A stretch of DNA of 64,000 bases from Raja brachyura (taxonomy: Eukaryota). The notes beneath the pieces are model-generated. The model was not told where the DNA came from and did not search any database. It saw nothing but the letters and a program-made list of their open reading frames with translations. Where the stretch lies: NCBI GenBank assembly GCA_963514005.1, contig OY740811.1, forward strand, positions 14,384,001 through 14,448,000, written 5' to 3'. The position numbers and the translations under genes are program-made. Shown one piece after another: positions 50,433 to 61,820 of the stretch; position 1 is the stretch's first letter; the number at the start of each line of letters is the position of its first letter.

Positions 50433-53400
50433 CTCATTGTATTGCTCAGAACTGACTAATTTTGTTCCCAGGATAAAATACATTAGAGGGTATTAAACTA
50501 AGTATGTGGAATGAGTGCAGTCACAAACCTACATAGTTTTTCCACAAAATAACCACGAAGGATAAAAGTGAACATTATGCCAGTAACATGCACCTATGAG
50601 TAACTCTTATTCTGATGTATATGCTCGTCCCTGCACTGTTTCTATGACGACATTTACTCCTGTTCTAGAGTGAATGAATGGCTTTGTTTCATGGCAGCAT
50701 TATCAGTTTCAAAAAAACATAATGGAGGAAAATATATCAGTAATCATAATATATGTGTTTAATAAATCTGAGATAGTATATCACTGCTACGAATAATTTA
50801 CCGACTTCCTAAATTAGCAAACATATCATGTTTAATCAGATTGTTGTGAGTGACCCAGACTTCAATCTGAAGAAGGGTCTCGACCCGAAACGTCGCCCAT
50901 TCCTTCTCTCCAGAGATGCTGCCTGTCCCGCTGAGTTACTCAAGCTCTTTGTGTCTATCTTCACCCACATGTGCAAGAAATAACTAATGTCCAACTATAA
51001 CAGAGCTTGGAAGAGCACTCCGTATTTTTCGTAAGAAAGACTACCTACCAACATAATGAATAAGAGTCATAGAGTTGTACAGCATGGAAACATCCCCTTC
51101 AGTCCACCATGTCCATGCCAACCAAGTTTGCATATTTGGCCCATCACGTTCTCTGTATTTGGCCCATAGACCTTTCAATCTATGCACATATCTATCCAAA
51201 TGTCTTAAAAGACACAATTGTCTTTCCTTCTATAGCTTCCTCAGGCAGCTTGTTCCAGATATGGACTACCCTCTAAGTGATCACTGAGGTCCCTCTTAAA
51301 TCTCTGCCCTCTCACCTGAAGCCAATGCCCTCTAATTTTAGACTCCTCTACCCTGGGGAAAAGGCAGTGAGCATTCACTTTATCCATGCCCACATGATCT
51401 TATAAAAAACTGCAACAGTATATATACTAACATAAACAGCAGATCTACAAGTTTCTTACAACATGTAAACAAGTTTGAAAATTAAGTTATGAAGGAAAAT
51501 TAATGATTTATTGATGTTAATTTATGTAATATGGCACTGTATTACATAAATTGGCATCAATAAATTTGTAATACAAATTTAAAATACGACAAAAATACAA
51601 AGAAAATACAAATCCTGACATATTTAAAACCAGATAGAAAGTACTCAGCGATCAAACTCTCGCACAAAACATAATTGTGTCACAGTCTTGTGATGTAGGC
51701 ACTGTGCTGCACAACATGGCAGTTGATAGTAAGGGCCCTTTTGTTAGACTGAATGTCTCAAAAAATCTAATTATTATCTACAGCTGATATAAATTGATCT
51801 TTCCAGCTGAGAGTCAAAGATGTTTGACTCCCTTTGTTCCTCCAACACTCAGCCTTTGTAATTTAGCTCAGGCCATTTTCCCCAGAACAAAACACACACT
51901 GTTCAGGTTCATCGGCGCTTGGCTATAAATACCAAAAGTAGATTCAGTTTTAACAAGGTTTTGCAACTGATTACATTGAATGGTGTATGTGTGAAGGCAT
52001 CGTTCATGCAGGGGAAGAAAGTTACAACTTTGATCTCAATAAATTCACAACCTTTGGTTCTGTGTTCGAGGAAATACTTTAAGAGTAATACTCAGTCCTT
52101 CAAAGTAGATGAATAAAACACAATGCATTATGCTAAGAGAATAGACATCCAGCAGATTAGGAGAAAGAAATGCACATATAGAATGATTCTCTGCAATATC
52201 GGTTGCCTCTGTAAATGAAAGAGATTTTTCTTTATTCAAGAATAGTAATTTGCTTATGTTCTGAAATAAGAAGTACAACTTACCAACATAATGAATAGAG
52301 TCGTTGAGCTGCACAGCATGAAAACAGCCATTCAGCCCACCATGTCAATGCTAACCAAGTTAGCATATTTGGCTTGGCCCATTGTCTCGGCATTTGGCCC
52401 ATAGTCCTCTCAACCTTTTGTATCCATATATCTGTCAGACACCATATCTGTCGGAAGAAGGGTCACCTATACACGTTCTCCAGTGATGCTGCCAGACCCA
52501 CTGAGTTACTCCAGAATTTTGTGTCATTCCTTGGTAAACCAGCATCTGCACTTCCTTGTTTCCATATTTTAACTGCTCCACTACAAAATATCACAGTATG
52601 GGAATAAGGTTACCGACCCAAAACATCACCTATATATAATTCTCCAGGAATGTTGCCCGACCCGCTGAGTTACTCCAGAATTTTTGGTTCGCTCCTTGGT
52701 AAACCAGCACCTGCAGTTCCTTGTTTCTACATATATCCATCCAAATGTCTTAAAAGTCATTATTGCATTTGCTTCCTTGGGCATTTTATTTCAGATACGG
52801 ACTACACTCTGAGCTCTACAGACTTACTCCTGAAATATTTTGTCTTTAATCAAACTTTACAAATGGAATAATATTTATTGAATGGGTTGTGCATGAGTGG
52901 CATCAAATAAGAAGCAATAATCTTTTGAAAAACAATATACTTTTAAAAATTATAATGTGGTTAAAGTTTGTCAACATTCCATTCAACAATTAACATTTGA
53001 AATAGAAATTATGCACAGGTAGTAAGCTGAGAAATTACTGTTGGCAGCAATGGGATCATGACATTTTTTTTGACATTCCTCTGCCAGCATGTATCGAAGG
53101 TGGAAGCCATCTACTTTTAACGATTACCTTAAGCTATTTGTTCAAGGTGAATTGCGAGGAAAATAATGTCTGCACGGTTTCCATTGAGCAAGCATTGATT
53201 TGTTGCTGGTTATTCAACGGAATAATATTCCCATCCACCTTTGTTCCCTTCCAACTATATTCCTCCCTCTAGGTTTAAATTTTACTCCTCCTCCACTCAC
53301 TTTATCTGACGCCCTGTTGTCACCTATGCATCTCTGGCCTTTGTCACTAGTCCACCCATCTTCCAATCACTCCCCTCACCTGTAACCACCTGTCCCTTAA

Positions 53401-53929
53401 CAGGTTTTGTCCCACCCACCTCTCTTTTCCACTTCTCCCCCCACTTGAGTCAGTCTGAAGAAGGGACCCAACCTAAAACATCATTTATTTTAAAGAATGA
53501 ACTGCAGATGCTGGAAAATCGAAGGTAGACAAAAATGCTGGAGAAACTCAGCGGGTGAGGCAGCATCTATGGAGCGAAGGAAATGGGCAACGTTTCGGGT
53601 CGAAACCCTTCTTCAGACCTTCCCGCTAGTCCCACAATGCAATATTCCACTCGCCACCAAATCCAATATTAGACTAAGTGAAGGGTACATACAATGCTGG
53701 AGAAACTCAGCGGGTGCAGCAGCATCTATGGAGCGAAGGAGATAGGCAACGTTTCGGGCCGAAACCCTTCTTCAGACTGATTCTAAGTCAAACCCACTTA
53801 GTCTAGTTTCTATCTAAATCCACATATTTCCTGTATTTATCATGGCATTCAGAGAGGTAAAATAAATGTCCTATTTTCATTTTCTACATTATACATTGAA
53901 AGGAGCATTATAATTCACCAAAATATAAT

Positions 53930-54650
53930 TCTTTACTGTACCGGGTGATGATGTGCATATGTGAGGCGTGGCACTCTGAGAGGTTGAAAAAGTACACAGT
54001 TGTTGGCACGACCCTTAACGTCATTGATGTTCAGAAGAATCTTGGGGTCTGGTTCAAGTAGGTAAAATGGTAAAGAAGGCTTACAATATGCTTGCCTTCA
54101 TTGGTCAGGGCATTGAGTATAAGAGTTGGGAAGTCATGATGCAGCATCATAAGACTTCAGTCAGGCTGCATATACAGTATTGCGGGCAGTTCTGGTCGCC
54201 CCATTACTGGCTTTGGGGAGGGTGCTGAAGTTTACCATGGTGCCTGGATTAGTGAGTATTAGCTAAAAGGAAAAATTGGACATACTTGGATTGTTTTATC
54301 TATAATACCTTGAGATTAAGGGAAAAACTGATATAAAATTATGAGAGACGGATGGGATAGGCAGGAAGAACATTTTTCCCCAGGGTGCAAATGTCAAAGA
54401 CTACAGGGCATAGCTTTAAGGTGAGATATTCTGGGCAAGTTTTTTACTTGGGGGGTGGTGGATGGCTGGAATGGTGGTGGAAGAAGCAATGATTGTGGCA
54501 TTTAAGAGGTCTTTACATTGGCACAAGAACATGCAGGAATGGAAGGATATGGATCTTGTGCAGCCAGGGCAAATTGGTTTATCTTGGCATCATGTTCAGC
54601 ACTGACATTGTGCATGAAGGGCCTGTTCCCGTGCTACACTGTTCTAGGTT
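53930..54650 (+). mobile_element. Old CR1-clade LINE fragment
   Basis: Degenerate VKKAYNMLAFIGQGIEYKSWEVM...QYCGQFWSP motifs and CR1 3' tail. Confidence 0.75.
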
Positions 54651-54884
54651 ACAAGCATGAAGTTTGGGATTAGTTCTGATGGAATTGAACAGCATAAGGT
54701 GTTCTACCAGTGTCATACATCATAAAACGTGCAAATGTTCTTGGTGGACATTATTCTGAAGAAGAGACCTATCCCAAAACATCACATATCCATGTTCCCA
54801 GGAATGTTTCATGACCTGCTGAGTTTCTCAAGTCTCTTGTGCATACTTTTTTTGTAAACTAACATCTGCAAACACTTTAATTCC

Positions 54885-55350
54885 CTTATCCACTCCCACC
54901 CTGAACTTTCTGTCCTAGGCCTCCTCCCTTGTCAGAGTGAGGCCAAATGCAAATTGGAAGTCCAGCATCTCATATTTCGCTTGGCCAGCTTACAACACAG
55001 TGGTATGAATATAGATTTTTCTAACTTCAAGTAATCCTCCTTTCATCCCTCCCCCACCCAAGTCATACCAATTTCAAAGTTGTCTTGTTGAGTCTCATTG
55101 TCTGTACTCGTTCTCACCTAGCTCACAGCTAACATTGGTCTATTTCCTTTATCATCGTTACTTTTTTTGCATATCTTTCATCCATTTGTTCTACAACTCT
55201 CTACATCACTGCCCACATCTATCGTTTCCCTTTCCCCTGACTCTCTGTCTGAAAAAGGGTCTCGACCCGAAACGTCACCTATTCCTTTTCTCCAGAGATG
55301 CTATCTGACCCGCTGAATTACTCCACCTTTTTATGTCTATCTGCAGTTCC
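54885..55350 (+). mobile_element. Penelope-like element 3' end: GIY-YIG C-terminus plus tail
   Basis: Reads HSHPELSVLGLL..QSEAKCKLEVQHLIFRLASLQHSGMNIDF. The tail ends in the CTGAAAAAGGGTCTCGACCCGAAACGTC...GATGCT..CTGACCCGCTGA.TTACTCCA module that forms the dispersed hairpins. Confidence 0.8.
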
Positions 55351-56269
55351 TTATTCTTTAAAGCATGTTGGATTGAAACTGTAAAGATTTCCCATCTTTT
55401 GCTTTGCCATTGTGTCATGGTGAATAGACCAGAAATACTCTAGTTTATTTCATAGCTGTTAACAAAAATAGCGTATTTTCACCCAATTATCAGGGAGTAA
55501 GTGAATGTTTTTTTATATTGTCTCATCAGAATTTATCATTGTGTAAGGAATCATGAGATGGTAGTTTTCATGCTGTAAATGAGCAACCTTGAATCCATCT
55601 GTGGACATGGCTTGGAAATTGTAATCATTTGATGTGTACCTGTGATGTTTTCCCATCTCAGTTGTATCATATCCAATTGCTTAAGTGACTTTCATCAGCT
55701 TCTGCATTCCGATTGAAAATCGATAAGCACAGGAAAGAAAAGGTTCTGTGACTTTCTGTAATGTAAAACTTGCAAGAAACCAACAAAACAAAAGTTGTGT
55801 CAGAATTCATGCAGAGAGTGAATGCTGAGCGTGTTACAGCGGCAAGGAAGCTGCATAATTTTAGCTTCAGCGGAGTCAATTAAAAAATTTGGTCGCATCC
55901 CCAACACAACTGACTTGCAGAGCTTTGAGAGGTAACATGACTGTCAAAGAAGAACAAATACCACTTTTCCAAACTGTAAATAGGCTTCATAACCATCCTG
56001 TTATTTTCACAAAGTTTGGCTGAGAAGAGAATATGTTGCACATTCAATATAAGGGAACTAAATCACCATAGCACATACAAAACTACAGATAATAGACACA
56101 ATAATCTGGAGTAACTCAGCTGGTCAGATGGCATCTCTGGCCAAAAGGAATAGGTGACAATTTGGGACAGACTGGAGAAAGGTCATGACCCGAAAAGTGT
56201 ATTTTATGTCTATCTTAGATTTAGAATCTATCTAGAATCTGCAGATCCTACCTACACAGAAACTACAGG

Positions 56270-56850
56270 CAGTTTGATAATGATGGTGATAAATACTTTG
56301 TTAATCCCCTCAGGGAAATTCAGGTGTCCAGTAGCCACCATAGTCAGATTGGAAAGCAAACAATACATAAAATATGGACAATACATGAAAGCAATAAATA
56401 CTTAAAAAGAACCCAATAAATAACTATTAAAAGTGCAAAGCATCCCCATACAGCTTAACGGTCAGTATTATAAAATCTAATGGCAGCAGGGGTGAAGAAT
56501 CTCCTGAACCGCTCTTTTCTACAGCGCAGGGAGAGGAGCCGGTTGTTGTGCCGGATGGCTTGCACCTTGCTCCTCAAACACCTCTCAAGCACATCCACCA
56601 CAGAGTCCACCCTCCCCCCCCCCCCCCCCCCCCTCCACTCCAGCACTGAGATAGCTCTTTTCACCAGCTTGTCCAACTTCTTGCTGTTTTTATCAGTGAT
56701 GATGTTACCCCAGCAGACAACAGCGTGGAAGATGACACTTGCAACAACAGTATGGTAAAACAAGTACAGCATTTCATTACACAAGTTGAAGGATCAAAGA
56801 ACATAATCCTCACGTGGCCACCTGGTTTGTCCAAAAAGGAGTAAATCCAG
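56270..56850 (-). mobile_element. Rex1-like LINE 3' fragment
   Basis: ORF 56455-56784 reads FYHTVVASVIFHAVVCWG...KLDKLVKRA...RFRRFFTPAAIRFYN. Confidence 0.8.
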
Positions 56851-58949
56851 TGCAGCATGCAGCATTTGGGTATCTATATTTAGAAAAGCTTTACTTGTGT
56901 TGGAGGCAGTACTGAGGTTTACCGCTTTGATTCCCTGGGAATAAGGCATTGACACAAGGAAAGAGGTTGGTTGGGAATATTCTTATTGAAAATGAGAAGA
57001 ATGAGCGGTGATCTGATTAAAACACACAAGGATATAAGGGGATAGACACAAAATGCTGGAGTAACTCAGCGGGACAGACAGCATCTCTGGAGAGAAGGAA
57101 TGGGTGACGTTTCGGGATGAGACCCTCTATCAGTAAGCATGGGACACAGTTTCCAAATAAAAGGTTACACTTTTAAAGCAGTGAAGTAGAGGAATTTCTT
57201 GTCTCGATGGGCCGTGACTCTTTGGAATTCTGTACCCCAGAAAAGACAGAGACATTAAGTGTAAAATATATGATAAATCAGAAGGGGGAGTAGAAGTGTC
57301 AGTGATTAATGATGAAATTACTTCATTATTGAGCGAGGATAATGAGTTGAAAGAAGGTTGCGGAAATCCTTTCTAATTACATGCATTTTTATGCAGATTT
57401 TGAAACGTTTGCAGCAAGTTCTTATTAAAGTCATGTCTATTAGGAAACCAGACGAGGGACTGCCTGGTTCAATTCTCTCCAGGACAGGTCTATTTCCTCT
57501 GTGCCAATCATACACATAATGGCATCATCCATATAGATTCTTGTAACAACTTCAATTGATGTACTCAAGTGCAACTTCAGTTTTTCATTCATAATCCAAT
57601 GTTCCTTTAGTGCATCAATTTCTAAGCCTTCAAGATACCTTTAAGGAGGTAGTTACATTTCTAAAAGTAGAAAACATCAAGGATAAGGAAAGAGAACAAG
57701 AATATAGCATTGGGAATGATGATAATCGTGATTCTATTGATGGGCCAAATGACCTGCTCCTATGTTCTGTGCTTAGATGTGACAGTGTTGGGAATAAAAC
57801 CCTATCTCCACTGCCACCTCCACTGAGGTTATTTTTATTGCTTCATTAGTGAGAGCGACATTTATTGTCCACTTACAACTGCCTTCAATCACATCAATGT
57901 GCCCGTAGTTACATTCAGATCAGATAACTAAAAGAAACATGTTTAGGAAGGAACTGCGGATGCCGCTTTACAGCATAGACACAAAATAAAGATTGTCTTC
58001 CTTTAAGGTAAAGCAGATTGGGGTTTTAGACAATACAATTGCTTCACCGTTACTGCCGTTACTAGCCAGATTAACTATTTTAAAATATTACTGAGTTTGA
58101 AGCAACCAAAGAAGGATTTGCCCATCCAACAATTTCTGTGTGCGTGAGATAATCAAGTGGGTTTTACAAAAGGCCACAAAGTGCTGGAGTAACTCAGTGG
58201 GTCAGACAGTATCTCTGGAGAACAAGGATATATGACATTTCGGGCCCAGACCTTTCCTTTGTGTATTAACCAGCATCTGCGGTTCTTTGTTTCTGCATCT
58301 GGACTTTACAATAGCTTGGACGTGCCATGGTTAATTTGTTTCATACCAATTGTATTGATTTATATGAATTTAAAGCCCAATGGCAGGATTCGAACCCGCT
58401 GCAGTTCTATGTTTCTGCACCTGGGTTTTACAATTATTTGGTGGCGTAAGGGTCACAACGATAATAATTACAGTTGTTTCATACCTATTGTATTTATTTG
58501 TCATAATTTAAAGTTCGCAGTGGCGGGATTCGAACCCGTGGCTCCATGAGATCGCCCGGCCGCCACCCAGCGGCTGTGGGAAGGTGGGTGTGAGGGAGCA
58601 TGCGCTTACCTACCCACCTTCACTCCCACCTGATAGGGCGGCGGCTGGGGGGGAGGGGGGGCGATGGGCCGCCGAGCGAGCGGCGCGCTTTGCAATTGGC
58701 CAGACGAGTTGAGTGCATTAAGTGATAGGGTGGCGGGGATGCAGCAACTGGCATCCGATTGGCCACTGGGTGAGCGATCGGAACGATTTATAATTGGCCA
58801 GGAGCTGCAGACTTGGTCTGATAGGATGGCGGTGGGCGTGCGGCTTGCCGGCTGGCATCCCATTGGTTGCTATGCGAGCTGCGCGGTTTGTGATTGGCCG
58901 AGGGAGGGGTGGAGGCGGGTCGGAGTGGTGCGCGCACCGGCCGGCGGGG

Positions 58950-59305
58950 CAAGGGGCGGTTGGAGTGGGGGGGAAGGGGAGCTGATCGGGGCGGTTGGAG
59001 TGGGGGGAGGGGGATCTGATGGGGGCGGGGCGAGGCGAGGGGCGGTTGGCGTGGGGGGGGGAGGGGGAGCTGATGGGGGCGGTTGGAGTTGGGGCGGGGC
59101 GAGCTGATGGGGGCGGGGCGAGGGGCGGTTGGCGTGGGGGGGGGGAGGGGGAGCTGATGGGGGCGGTTGGAGTTGGGGCGGGGCGATATGATGGGGGCGG
59201 GGCGAGGGGCGGTTGGCGTGGGGGGGGGGAGGGGGAGCTGATGGGGGCGGTTGGAGTTGGGGCGGGGCGAGCTGATGGGGGCGGGGTGAGCTGGGGGAGG
59301 GGAGG
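58950..59305. repeat. G-rich imperfect tandem repeat with G-quadruplex potential
   Basis: Repeated GGGGCGGTTGG(A/C)GT..GGGG..GAGCTGATGG units forming a ~85-bp higher-order repeat. Confidence 0.85.
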
Positions 59306-59460
59306 AGCACCAGGCGGCGGGAGGGCGGTTTGGGTTTGTTTTGTAGTCACCGGGCGGGCGGCGGGCATCGTGCTCGGTCTCTCTGGCCGCTCGCCTCGCA
59401 TCACCATCCTATAGTGACTCACCCCGTCCCAGCCAGCCAGCCGTCCGAGCGCCAGCAGCC

Positions 59461-59474
59461 ATGACATCCCGGAG
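59461..59474 (+). CDS. First coding exon of a PTPN11/SHP-2-family phosphatase, probably the SHP-2-like (ptpn11b) paralogue
   Basis: GCAGCC ATG ACA TCC CGG AG|gtaagg: Kozak context, MTSRR start and 14-nt phase-2 coding exon, as in PTPN11 exon 1. Exon 2 (WFHPNI...) is not seen in the window, so the call rests on 14 nt plus promoter context. Confidence 0.72.
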
Positions 59475-59865
59475 GTAAGGCAGCCCCCCCTCCCTCCCTC
59501 CCTCCGCGGTACCACCCGGTAAAGGTCTCGACCCGAAACGTCCCCATTCCTTCTCTCCAGAGATGCTGCCTGTCCCGTGGAATTACTCCAGCATTTTGTG
59601 CCTATCCTCGTCATAAAACGCAAGATACACGAAACTATCTATCCAAACTATTTATTTGTGTCTTTCTCCGGTTGGTGGCCGGCGCCTGCTTCCAGCAGCA
59701 CCTGACGGCGGCACCACCTTGAGCCCTCGGTGCCCTCTCAGCGACCGTGCCCCTTACCCTCAACTCTGGGTGACCCTGGATTTCACTGTACCTCGGTACA
59801 TGTGACGAATAAAGTACAATGCCATCCCCTCCCTCCCTCCCCATGCGACCTCAACCACTGCAGGT

Positions 59866-59867
<2 letters not shown>

Positions 59868-59905
<38 letters not shown>
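59868..59905. repeat. (CT)n microsatellite
   Basis: Uninterrupted CT dinucleotide run of about 19 units. Confidence 0.95.
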
Positions 59906-59908
<3 letters not shown>

Positions 59909-61289
59909 CCCCCATTTCCAGTAGCTGGGGAGTTTCACCAGTCTGAAGAAGGGTCTCGACCTGAAACATCACAGAGATGTTGCCTGTCCCGATGAGTTAC
60001 TCACCTGAATAGGCCAGGTTTAGAGGGGTGTGGCAGGTGAGACTAGTGTGGATGGTTGGTGTGGGCAAGTTGGGCTGAAGGGCCTATTTACACCCAACAT
60101 AGACACAAAATGCTGGAGCAATTCAGATGGGACAGATAGCATCTCTGGAGAGGAATGGATGAAGTTTTGGGTAGAGACCATTCGGACTGAGAGTCAGGGG
60201 AGAGGGAGAGACAGAGATAAGTAAGTGAGAACGAGACATCAAAGGGGATTAAGGGCAAGGAAAATGTAGAATAGCTCATTGTTAGCTTGGAGAAGATGCC
60301 AACAAAACGTACTGCGCCTGTTTCCATGTATTACTCTTATGGGGTGCTCGATGCATTGCTCCTGTTACCTCCCCCGACCCCCCACTTCACCTGCTTCCAT
60401 TGGCAGTTACTTTGGTAGGAGTACAAGATTGTAAAGTAGAGACCTCGGGTCACTGGTTTGTTCCCCAGCTCTCATTGTTAACAATGCGAGTGAATGTGTT
60501 TCCTGCTGCTTGTGGGTGCCAAGTGAAATTGCCGCTGGAAATCGCATCCTGCTATCCCCGGCTAATTTACAGAAGTGCTCAGCAGGCAATAAAATGACTC
60601 TTTGCACTGAGGTTGCACCAGTGAACAATTGCTTTTCACTTAAGATAGACCACAGAATGCTGGAGTAACTCAGCGGGCCAGACAGCAGCTATGGAATACT
60701 TTGTGGGAAATGTACTTGGGCTAAATGAATGCCCCAGGACATGGAAAATGGACCATAGCATGGAGAATGTGAGTTAACCACTATCGTTCCTTAAAAAAAG
60801 GAAAGGTTGCATTTTTAATGACATGGGTTTGAAGCTTCAGAGGGACAAATTTTGTGCATAAATCACTATAAGGTATTGTATAAAGCCACAAGGAGCTGCA
60901 GATGCTGGAGACTCGAACAAAACACAAAGTGCTGGAGGATGTCAGGCAGCATCGGTGGAGGGAATGGACAGGTGAAGTTTTGAGCAGACATCCATGCTCA
61001 GACTCTAACGAAGTCACAGAATTTGAACAAGGGTCCTGACCCAAAACATCATACGTCCATTCCCTCCACTGTCAGGTGTTGCCTGACCTACTGATTTCTT
61101 ACAACACATTGTGTTTTGCTCAAATGGTCTATATGCCTTGGGTGCAAGAGGATAAACATAACATGCCAGAGTAACTCAGCGGGACAGGCTGCATCTCTGG
61201 AGAGAAGGAATGGATGATATTTTGGAGAAGGAATGGATGATGAATAGAGACCCTTCTTCAGACAGATTTGACAAGTAGAGACCTGGTGA

Positions 61290-61820
61290 GCAGTGTCTGT
61301 TACAATATGTACAGATCTGCTGTCCCTATCTAAGAAAAGATGTACTTGCAACAGAGGGTGTACTGTAAAGGTTTGCAACATTGGTTACTGGGTGGTGAAT
61401 AAGGACAAATAAATGAGCTACTAGGCATGTGATTTTTTTTTGACTTAACGAGAATGAGGCAATGTCATTGATGCATACAAAATTATTAGAGTATTGATTG
61501 TTAAAGAGGGTTTCCCCGAGATGTGGTATCCAAAGTTGGAGTCGAAACTCTCAAAAATCAAGGGTTGCTCTTTCAATGAAAGAGGAAATTTCTTTACGCA
61601 GAAAATAGTAAATCTGCATTCACTGCTCAAAGTTGCGGAGGTTCAGTTGTTCAGTATATCAAAGAAAGAGATTGATTGTTAGATGTCAAAGGAGACGAGG
61701 GATGTGGGGTTAGGACAGGAAAGTGGTAATGACGTAAAAGATTAGGCATGGTCTTGTTAAATGGCAAAGGAGGCACGAAGTCTGACCTACTTTGCTGGAA
61801 TTTCTGTGTTTTATGTTCTT
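61290..61820 (+). mobile_element. Old CR1-clade LINE 3' fragment in intron 1 of the downstream gene
   Basis: Reads KIKGCSFNERGNFFTQKIVNLHSL, plus CR1 tail. Confidence 0.7.

Larger units (their letters stand above)
58540..59520 (+). promoter_or_regulatory. CpG-island promoter with multiple inverted CCAAT boxes and GC boxes
   Basis: Abrupt GC/CpG enrichment. ATTGG at 58695, 58758, 58793, 58862 and 58893; repeated GGGGCGGGGC; TGACTCA at 59415. Lies directly before a Kozak ATG and splice donor. Confidence 0.85.

Noticed and set aside
55471-55500. TTTCACCCAATTATC resembling PTPN11 exon 2 (FHP)
   Set aside because: It lies upstream of exon 1, lacks the Trp codon and reaches a stop within a few codons.
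59461-59474. RAB7A as the downstream gene (MTSRK start)
   Set aside because: The fifth codon begins AG, so it cannot be Lys. The intron after nt 14 fits PTPN11, not RAB7A.
58664-59623. Long Pro-rich and Gly-rich ORFs (up to 301 aa)
   Set aside because: Translations of a stop-poor G-rich promoter repeat. The minus-strand one starts inside a Penelope-derived fragment.
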